Shown: positions 27,801 through 38,800 of the stretch, piece by piece
Numbering within the stretch: the stretch's first letter is position 1
Layout: every line of letters begins with the position of its first letter
NCBI GenBank assembly: GCA_012295275.1
Contig: CM022671.1
Location: forward strand, 22,878,001 to 22,942,000
Length of the DNA: 64,000 bases
DNA from: Chrysomallon squamiferum
Taxonomy: Eukaryota > Animalia > Mollusca
Direction: 5' to 3'
Notes under the pieces: model-generated
Databases searched by the model: none
What the model saw: the letters and a program-made list of their open reading frames with translations, nothing else
Told to the model about the DNA's origin: nothing
Made by a program: the position numbers and the translations under genes

Positions 27801-30800
27801 TTGATTTGAATTCTATTCTGTTGAGTTTAGGCGAAACTCCTGTCAAACTCCATTCACTAGCGCATTCCAGTAAATGAATGAAAGGACAGAAAAAAACTAG
27901 CATCAACTACAGTAACATTAAAACGACATCTTAATGTCTGAATCCTACACAGAGCGTGTGCAAATCTTGATTTTGTCACCCTTTACCATTGAAAGGACAA
28001 TGAATTGAAGGAGGAAATAATCCAATTTTATGAAAGTTATGAGAACAGTAGAATGTGTCTGGGAATGAAGGATACAGTGAGCATTTGAAACAAACATAGT
28101 GAGAAGGTTAAGCATCAGAAACACCTAGTTCTCTCAAATTTATGTGAACTTTATGCATACATGTAGGCCTACAGTGTCTTACTCGATGATCAAGAAAGAT
28201 GGTGATCCCTAGCATCCACAGTTGATCATTCAGGTTTTAGTTAATCAGATGTTAATGGCTGAAAATGTGTTATTTTCATGTATGTGCATTTTTTAAATCT
28301 ATATTATGGCTAAACAAAAAATATTACACCCAGGAAACTTTTATGTTTTAGTTAACATGTGGGAGATTAAATTTCAGTAAAGGTCATCTCAAGATCACGT
28401 GATCCACACGGTCAATTTCAAGGTCATAGCAAAGGTCAAAAGGTCAAGGTACTCCAATATTTTCCAAACTAAACAAAAATGGCAGATTTGGTATCCTTGT
28501 TATTTTGCCTTTCTAACAATACCAATTTTATGAAGATTGGCCCAGTAGTTCCTGAGATATGAGGGTTCTAAGGTTGGTGGTCACACCCATTTTTGGCAAA
28601 AATCTCAAAATTCCGTGGGCCGTATCTCCCACACCACTGGTCTGATTGGGCTAATATTTCAGATTTGGTGCTGTGGGATCCCAGTCAACAAATATACCAA
28701 GTTTTATAAAAATCTGAGACGGTCGGGTTTAAATTTCTTTTTTTTTGGGGTGATTTGACACGGAATGACCCAGAATCAAAGTTTCTGGAGAAATATCAGT
28801 TTTGTACCTATCTGTATATCTGTCTGTCTAACAGTTTCTATATACAGATAGACAGACACACACACATATACATATACACGTTAATTGTACCAGTATATTT
28901 TTCTTCTATACTTAGTGCTGGTGAAGGAGATATCTGTGCTTGGAAATGGACAGACATTCTGGGAAAGGTAAAGACTTTTATAAGTGTTTTCAAGTAGTTA
29001 AGGGTAATCTTTATGTTTCCATAATAAATTATTCATTCACATTTAATATAAATACAATATCTTGTTGACGAAATTTACTTTAAAAGTGAAAGTTTTAAAT
29101 GTATATTAATTCAGAATATGTAGTTTTTCTTTTAGTTTATGTTACAACATAAAGTTCATTTTTTTTTTTTTTAAAGCAATTTAATATATTTATTAGTCTC
29201 TTTTGAATCAACAAAAAATAAAGTGAAAATTAAAAATGTTTCAGGCACCCAAATTGGAATGGTCTTTATCGCTTCCAAAGAAGTAAGTGTTATATACAGT
29301 GTATTATTATTTGTACAAATAAAACACATTTCTGGAACTATAATTGATTGTAATTTTTTTCAAGAAACAGATAAAATGAACTTTGTACAAATGTGTCTAC
29401 AAAATTTTATTTTTTTAAATTAAAATAATAATAATAAAAAAAAAATGAAATGTGTTGTTACCGGTTTACATATCCAACTTACCTGGTCTTTATTTTGAAT
29501 CATTTTTGTTTTTTTGAGTACAGAAATAAAAACGAACATTGCCATTATATATTGCACATATTAAAAATTTAAAAATTCTGTTGACTTAAAAAAAAATAAT
29601 TTATTTTTTTCAGAGATGTTTTTTCCAATCCTGAAGTTAATTCATTAATTATTGAAAGCGGTGTAAGTTTTCCATTTTCATTTTTTGTTTAAAATATTTG
29701 ACTGCATTACTTTTCCTCATTACACCTGTGTTTTTGTTATTAAAATCTGTATTTTATTATTATTATGTTAGTAAATACATATTTATTAACACATTAGTTT
29801 AATGTAATGTATTGTTTATTTGACAGGAACAAGGAACATCAAGACTGTTTGCAGGATGTGGTGATAATAATATTCACATATGGAATCTGGAATCTGGTAC
29901 ACTTGAGGTGACATAATTACTAACAAAATTCTGTTGACCATAGATATTTTCTCTTTATATAAAAGTATTTATGACAACTCAGAGGTTTTGTGCATTGGAC
30001 TAGTATCCCTTTTTCTTTCTTTTTTTCACATTCTCTTTTTTCCTTATATACATAATTATATATGGAAAACAGTTAATAGCATAATTTTTCCACAACTATT
30101 TTTTTATTCATTTTTTTAATTAAAAATGGCATTCAATGTATTATTTTAACTAATGAAATAAATACAGAAAATATATTGTAACTTGTTTACGCAGACTACT
30201 TTGACAGGACATGAAGACTACATACACTGTGTTTGTCTGAAGAATCATGGAAGAGAATGTGTTTCAGCATCAGAAGATGGAACGTGTAGAATTTGGGGTA
30301 AATGAATGAATATTTGTTTATCAACTTTTCCATGTATTTTATTACTAACAGTTATTAAGATATCTTGTTTAATGATGATGTGTAAGCAAATACTTATCAC
30401 CATCATACAAGAAGTTTCTCACATCAGTATCAAAGAATTTTTACAAGCACATTCCCATAGAGAGAAACCAGTCAGTCACAAGGCATTGGTTGGAATTGGA
30501 AATTATGCTATGCATCACTGGAATATGATGTTCGTATTGTTATAAACTGATCTGATCTTGATTTGACTAAATATTTTAATGATGCTATTAAATATCTACT
30601 TTCTTACTGACTATAATCACTAAATATTAATCCTTTTTTTCACTTTCCTTGATAAAACCACCTGTACAAGATAAAGGTCTTGTTTTGTTTTTTAAATTTA
30701 CAATTTTGAAAAATTAATTTCTTGTCACTTCAGATACAAGGTCATCTTTGGAAGCTATTCATATTTTAGAACCACATAAAAGTGAGGTTAGTATTAATAG

Positions 30801-32738
30801 TATATGTGTGTGTGTATGAAGGAAAGATATCCAGGATATAGTATTCAGATTATGCCAGTACATTTCATGAAATAATTTTAAATTTGCCTTTATTACAGAC
30901 TGTTTGTTATACAGACTTAGTATAAATGTTGTGGGTTTTATCTTTCTTTTTTTTTCTTCTATAATTTAACTTGGTTTTATTTGGAAATCAGTTTGTGTAG
31001 AATGTACTAGAAAAAGGAGTGATTTCACAGCTTGAACCTATGTGTATGTTTATTCAGATGTGTTCTCGACCACAGCTGGGAAAATGGTTGGCATGTGTTG
31101 ATATGGATTCAGCAGATGACTGGGTGGTGAGTAAAAAACGTTTAAACTGATAAAATGTACTGAGTGATGTTCAGTAGCTGTAAGACATTTTATTTGGCTG
31201 TTCTTATATTAGATTAATCAAACTGTCACTGGTTCTTGTGATTCTAACTGTCAGTTAACATCAGATGAAAATAGGAAATTTTGCTTCTATTATTGTATAT
31301 ATGAAATTCATTGTCTTTATTACTACAGTCAGATTTTAACATTGTTTTGATACCAACTACAGTGAATGTGTTTGTTTATTAATTTAAATAATAATTATTA
31401 TAATTCTTTGTAATTATACATAATTTTATATAGTATACTCAGATTTTATAATTTTGATCACGTTAACCGTTTTGGTATCAATTGCGATGACTATATATAT
31501 ATATAAAACTGCTACCTGTTAATTTAAATAATATTTATTTTAGTTCTTTTTCCATCATGTTTTACATATATATGTTGTACAGCAGTGAGATTTGTAAATT
31601 TTAATGAGGAAATGAGATTTTCAGTTACTTGTGTTATTACTGTTGAAGGTTTGTGGGGGAGGACCACATCTGTCTATGTGGCACATGAGATCACTGTCGG
31701 CCACCACAGTCTTCAAGACAAGTGATGCTACTCATTCATTTGCCATGTTCTATGATGATCATGTAAGTAATGAGTTAGATGATGGTGACTTACAAAATAA
31801 CTTCATTTTATATCAGATTATTTTGCTAGATTCTGATGGTGAAGAGAAAATTTTTAATTTGCTAGGAGTTTCGTTTTGTATGTTGTGTACAAAATAATGT
31901 AACATGTCATGAAGTACAAATATTATTTTGCGATCAGTATGAGCATGTCTGAGGATTATTGTATGTGTTACTGATGGTATAATAAGGCTTTTCATAATTT
32001 ATATGAATGAATTTTTAAAATAAGGAAATTTCCTATGAACAAAGTTTCAGTTTCTGCCATTCCATTCAGTTTTAATTATTTATTAATTTTTTAATTTATT
32101 TGTTAATTTTTTTTTTTCAATTATATTCATATATTTTTTCACTGTTTTTAATTAATTTCATAAAAATTCTTCAGGTTATCTCAGGTGGGAGCCGACCATA
32201 TGTAAATCACTGGTTTGTTAATGGTGACTTGAAATCAGAAGTTCCCTGTACTCCTACATCGGTTTTCAGCATAGCTGTCAACAAGAAATCAGATAAATAC
32301 AAGGTAAAATATAATGTTTATGTCTTTGTTACTCAGGCCAAACCTCATCTTCTTATTTTTTTTAGTTTTATAATGCAATCATTTCATTTTGACCACTATA
32401 CCCATCACAGTAATCACTTGCCCTGTTTCAAAAGTACTTTATTCACATCTGTAGATTGATAATTTTAAAAGATACATTCATTAATATTTCAGCCTAATTA
32501 AAAAAAAGTTTGAAATATTGGTTTACGATTCCATGCAGTTAAACATCTTGATGGGAAAATGCTTGTTACTTTTCAGATTATAATTGATTATTTGTTACTA
32601 TTTTGTGAATAAGAAATATTTTATTGCTGTTTTTATTGTTTGTTTCAGGTGCTAACTGTTGTAGGAAGCAGTTCAAAGATTGATGTGTGCACAAATTTCG
32701 GCTACAAAGCATTTTCTCTAAATTTTAAAGCATTTTAA
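23640..32738 (+). CDS. THOC6: THO complex subunit 6 (WD40 repeat), 14 coding exons
   Basis: Exons 23640-23648, 24275-24390, 24900-24964, 25348-25402, 28916-28967, 29245-29282, 29614-29662, 29827-29907, 30195-30297, 30734-30786, 31058-31126, 31649-31762, 32175-32303, 32649-32738. Motifs: [79 protein letters not shown]. The 9-nt first exon (MAQ) is less certain. Confidence 0.94.
25923..28771 (+). mobile_element. Non-autonomous Sola2-like DNA transposon, copy 2 (2849 bp), in THOC6 intron 4
   Basis: Same termini and internal sequence as 12806-15632, in the same orientation. TIRs ~25923-26546 and ~28141-28771. TSD AGAA at 25919-25922 and 28772-28775. Confidence 0.9.
27348..28160 (+). pseudogene. 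Degenerate Sola2-type transposase N-terminal remnant (copy 2)
   Basis: ORF-track fragments [11 protein letters not shown]...[11 protein letters not shown] and [16 protein letters not shown], then [16 protein letters not shown]...[11 protein letters not shown]. It retains 22 bp (CCDC region) that copy 1 lacks. Confidence 0.75.
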
Positions 32739-34435
32739 CATTAAACATCTTCATCTTAAGATTTTTCCTTTTTTTTTTTTTTTACTAACTTAAAGAATTA
32801 CTGATAATAATAAGTATCCTGAGAAAAGTTCAATAACTAAAAAAAAATATTTATTATTTTCATTTATTATTTTTTTTTTTAATGGTCTTTTAGTCTATGA
32901 ATCCTATTATCACCAATGAATATTATTTTTAATCATTGATATTAGGAGTATAGTAAGTCATCATTCTTTTTGGAAATATTTTGGGTATAATTTATTAAAT
33001 TTCTGTTGTACTAATAAAAACATTTTAATATTTTTTGGAAAATTTCTACCTGTTAAAATACATATTGCAAATCATATAATAAATATTAAATTAATAGAAA
33101 CTTGAGAACAAATAAAGTGAAAAAGAAATATAATCTTATAATATTTCTTCTTCATAGTTTATATTATACAAATCATGTAGCATACTCATATTTCCTTCTT
33201 TATGATGAAACTGAACATTAGTTAAAACATATGTTTGTCAGAAAATACTTTGTACCAGTACTAATGTATCATAAAGTCGGAACAGTGTTGAATAATTTTT
33301 AAAAATATGAGTGTCTGTGTAGTATTTATTAGAATATTATTAGGATCTACGTATGTCAGAAAAACGTGTGTAATCTTTAAAATAAAACCTTGAGATGTCA
33401 TTCAAAAATAATTCCCTGCTGATTTGTAAAGAATTGTATTTTTATGAAATAAATATGATCAGGTTACAAAGTGTTAGTTTTTATTATTTATGTAGACTTG
33501 GAATTAACTTTGAATAACTGGTTCATGTTTTATGTCTCTTTATTTCATAGAATTTAATTTTTTTTACATATTTAAAATGATTTCTATTTTGAAAATGTTT
33601 TTTCTGACAAAAGATATTTAAAATAATGTTATATTAATTGGGTTTTTTATTTTCCTTTTTTCCTTTTTTTTATTTATTATTTTCTAAATCAAGAAATATT
33701 AAATTCCTTTTTAAGTGAAATGTTAAAACTGATTTAAAACATGAATGTGAAAGTGCAATCATTTCTGATATGATACAAAGCATGTTCAGCACATATATCC
33801 TCAATGCTACTGAATGAAATAATGTGTTGTTTTTAATACATTTTCCAAATACATGATATCATTATTTATCATGGCACTTATAAAATGCTGCTTATAAGAA
33901 TGGTTAATGTTGCTTCTTTGCACACATTAAGACATATTCATCCATGGATACACATGTGCACACACTATAAATTCTGTTAGATGCTGAATCCTGTGCATAT
34001 ATAATTACTAAAACATCCAGTGTGATACATAGGTACCATGAAAAAAGAAAATAAAATAATAAAAAAAAAAAAAAAAAAAATAAAAATAAATAAGGTGAGG
34101 AAAAAAAAAAAAAGCCTCAAAATTCGTAAATGATACTTCTGTGCTTAATTAAAAAAATATATATTGCTACTCTTCCAGAAGAAATTGTTTATCACTTTTG
34201 TCAAAAAGAAAAGAAAAATGTGTCTAAATTTATAGCATATTCAATAGGAATTGCAAAACTATTTATTTAATAATAATCATAATAACAATAATAATAATAA
34301 TAATAATAATAATACAATAAAATAATAATCTAAAAAAAATGCATTGAAATTCCTAAACAAAAAATAAATAAATAAATAAATAAAATAAAATAAAATAAAA
34401 TTTAATGTTGTTAAAATCTACCCCCGAAAGGAATC

Positions 34436-34495
<60 letters not shown>

Positions 34496-34796
34496 TACTG
34501 TAGCATATATAATATTTATACATCGAATAAATCGTTTGTTTTCAAGTAAAGAACTTTATGAGACTTTACAAACTGCGTCAATATCGAAAACATGTTTATA
34601 TTTATTTGATTTTATATTTTGTTTTGTTTTGTTTTCATTGTAGTATTATTTCTTTTGTAATGAGTATTTTTTTACTTATTTATTAAATTATTTCATTCTA
34701 CTAATTTTAATAATAGACCGGAATAAAGGCTATTTAATACCTGATCATTTTTATTTTATATTTTTATTTATTTACTTACTTATTTGATAATCATAC

Positions 34797-34881
34797 TATA
34801 TCCAGTAATTCTCAGAGGTAAGTATAAAGCTATTTCTCGAATTTACTGTTTTTTTCAGACATCAGTTAGTGTCCGTACTAA
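34797..34881 (+). repeat. Dispersed repeat fragment homologous to 2640-2716
   Basis: Same blocks as 2640-2716, with a short insertion containing GGTAAGT. Confidence 0.7.
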
Positions 34882-35468
34882 TATTTTGCTAAGATACATC
34901 TGATGTCATAGAAAAAGCGCATATTTTACTGTGTTAATGTAATTATTATAATTAGCAGCAATTTATGAAAAGCGCTGTGTTTAAGGTAGAAAACAAGTCA
35001 CAGAAGAAACTGAATGGATGTAAAATTGCGCGAAGTTGTGTTGTTTACGATTGACCAATTTCAATGTGTTAATTGAAAGTAAACATTTCATATATTATAT
35101 GTGGCTGATCGAATAAAAAGAAAAAAGCCGTTTTATAGCAGTGTATTAAAGATCAATGAACATTTATTTGTATAAATTATAATCCTTTGAATGTTTGAAG
35201 ATTGCAGAAATTTCAAACCCTCAAACTTTGAGTCAAAGTTTTTAAGTTTTTATCATTCAATAACTGATGATGGGAAGTCTTGTACTGGTTGATGTGAAGA
35301 TGAACTGTTATTACAACAAGAAATAGTGCATTCGTTAATATGGACATATAGTAATAGTGATATCGTAAAAAGAGACAGCTATGATTGAAATTGCAAAAAT
35401 ATGCAGATAACTGATAACCCGAACAACAACAAAACAAATTAATAATTGAAAATAATTAATTATGAGAA

Positions 35469-35500
<32 letters not shown>

Positions 35501-35812
35501 TAGAAAAGAAAAAAGCTACACAGCTTCAATTCCACATTATTTTATTTATTTATTGTATACATTTATATGAAAATTTACATGATATTAATTATTACTAATA
35601 TTAGTTTACTGATTATGAACAGTGGAAAGTCAGAAATATTTTAATTACTGAATCTTTAATTTGAACAATTAAATTGTTATATTTATTCCAAATATTGCTT
35701 CAATTAATGAACTTAATTATTATTTTAAACACTCTCTCACACACAGATACACATAGATATATTTTTTAAATATTTATTAATCTGTGACTTTGTTAATTGA
35801 ACAGCTCTAAAC

Positions 35813-38800
35813 ATGGATGGTGGCCATGAAAGTTTCCAGGAGTATAAGATTGGAGGGGTGTCAGTTTTGTTTCCATGCAAACCATATCCCTCACAGTTCA
35901 GTATGATGGATAAAGTAAGTTTTAAAAGAAATAATAATAAAGAAAAACATACTAATGGGGAAAAAAACTGAAATAAAAAAATTTAGACTGTCTTATATAT
36001 ACAAATGGAGTTTAGTATATAAATATGTTTTGACTAAGTTAAAATTATTCATACAGAATCATTGCCATGCATTATAAAAAATTAAAAAAAATTAAAAAAT
36101 TAATAATAAATAAAGAATAATAATAAAAAATATATATATATAATATAAAACAAAAAATTGTCTAGAAAACACAATCATCAGTATTCTAAATCAGAAATAT
36201 GATCTTTGGTTGTTTGCAATATTTCTGCATCTCTTCATATGTGGATACATCAGACATAAGTAAAGCTTAATTAATTATAACTGGTTTTCATCTGCTAATT
36301 GTAGCTGCTAATTAATATTTTATAACTTACAGTTATAATGTAAACTAACATCCTTTAAAAATTATTTTATTTAGTCTAATTTTTAATTCTAATTGCAAAA
36401 ATAATATCCAAAATGTTTTTAAAAATACAGAAAACCTACTAATATTAATTCCACTTTAGTTATTTATTATTATTTTTTTTTTATTGTTACAGTTTATTTA
36501 AAAAAACTTATTTTTTATTTTATTCTCAAGTTATTGTTAGAAAAGAAAACATTATATGTGACAAACATTTCAGATAATTAAGGGAATTGAACGACATCAG
36601 AACTGTTTACTTGAAAGCCCAACGGGAAGTGGTAAAAGTTTGGCTTTACTCTGTTCTACTTTGGCCTGGCAAAAAGCAGAAAAAGGTAATTTGTTATAAT
36701 TATATCCAAAATGGTTTATAATTTATCATTAACTAAACTGTATATAATTTCATATCTCAATGATATTTAATGACTAAGTAAAATATAAATCAGACATTAA
36801 CTTCTATTTTAATCGTTAAAATTATTTTTAAAACTTTTTTTTTTTGTTATTAAATTAATGTTAAGATTTCTGTATTGATATTTTTTCTTAATGTAGTATA
36901 TATATTATCATTATTATAATGTTACTGTTATTCTATAAATTACAACATTTTTAAATTTAATAATGTCAAGATAATTGTTGCTAATGTTGGCATCTCTGTT
37001 TAATTCTGTTGACAATCTTAACTCTTTATGCAGTATTAGCTAGGGTAGTTGACACACTTTGTCAAATGTATTTATAAATATTGTTTATTATTTTTAGCCA
37101 AATTTTTACAAGAAGAAGAAGATGAACAAAGGAACAGTAGCAGTATGTATTCATTTGTATTTGACAAGCCAGCTAACATGATTTGGTTTGTTAGTATTGA
37201 TTGCAGTATACATGTCTATACATGTCTATACACATAATTTAATTTTTTTTTTTTATATTCTTCCAAATGATTATTTTATAATCCTAATAATAAAGAATAT
37301 TTACTTTTTACAAAATAGCATATGCAAAAAAAAATTAAAAAAAATAAAACCACAGAAAATATCAGAATTCATACTTTCTCTAAATGAATGAAAATTTTAT
37401 TATTAGCGTAGATTGAAGTTATTAAAATAATTAGTTTAAAATATACTTAATATATTTTTTATATAGTTTAGACAATATGTTCTTACAACTACGATGTATT
37501 TTTACTTTTGATCAATAAATGTTATTATTATTATTATTATTTTTATAGAGTATATGAATGTAATAATTGTGATTAATAAGAAAAAAAAAAAAAAACCTCC
37601 AGAAAAAACATTTTTTAGTATTAATAATTTGTTTCTATTTTTTACATTTATCAATTTTAGATGTAAACTGTTGTTGCCCATGTCATACTGGAGTACCTGT
37701 TTTGCATAGCAACAGTTGCCAGGATGTTGCCAGCAGCTGTGCTGTTAAAAATGTTTCTCCATATTTTGAACAGATTACTGGACAAGACAATTCTGTTGAT
37801 AAAATTGGTTTGTATACCTGTGTCTTACCCGTAAATATTTAGTTTTATATTGTTATATGTTCTGATTAATTATAATAATAATTAAAAAATACATTTTTAA
37901 CAAAACTGTATTCCTAACACTAAAAGTAATTAATTTTAAATATTTTTACACAAATTGTTAATTATTTGGTCTTAAAGTAATATTTAATAATTAAAACTTA
38001 CAAAAGAGTTATGTGTTAATTATTTATAAACATTCTTTTAACAGTAATTAATGACGATGACGATGATGATGATGACTTCAAACAAGATGGAAAAGTTTAT
38101 AGAATTCAGTCTTCTAAGGTAAAAGAAAATCAATAAAAGATATGAAGCCATACATATTAGTACCTGAAAAAAAATTAAAATTTAATTTGTAATGTTCCTA
38201 ATTCTTATTCTTTTTTTCAAATACATCACGATATAATCTTAACATCTACAGTGACTAATAATAATAATAATTATTTCATCTTGGTGTAAAGATGGTTTCA
38301 CTAAATCCATTTTTTTTCTTCTGAATATATTACATTTTATTGTTGATCAACCAAATGTCTTTAGACTGTAATACTGTTTAGAATGCATTTTAATTTTCTC
38401 TCATTTTAGAATGTTAGCAAAAATCCTTGTAAACATATCAAATGTCCTTAGAATGTTATACTAACTGTTTTTTCTTTTTCTTTTAGAATGATGGAAAAAA
38501 TCTTCGTAAACATGTCAGTATAGCTTATGAAAATGGACATGGGGTGAAAGAGGGCACACTACATAAACCAGATAACTCTGCCAGTGCAGACTGTAACCCA
38601 AGTGAAACATCCACCCCTGAGTCATGTCCTCAGTGCTCTTGTAAAAACAGCAACAAGCTGGAAAAAACTTTTAAAAGAAAGTGAGAGCAAAAATACTATA
38701 ATTTCTTACTTTATACTTCACAGTATTTAAATATTTTATTTATTTTTGAGAAGACCAATTTTTATATGTACTGAATTAATTTTAATGAAGATTATTATTA

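Noticed and set aside
25923-28771. Copy 2 as an assembly artefact or segmental duplication
   Set aside because: Homology stops exactly at the TIR ends, the TSDs differ, and there are scattered substitutions and a 22-bp indel.
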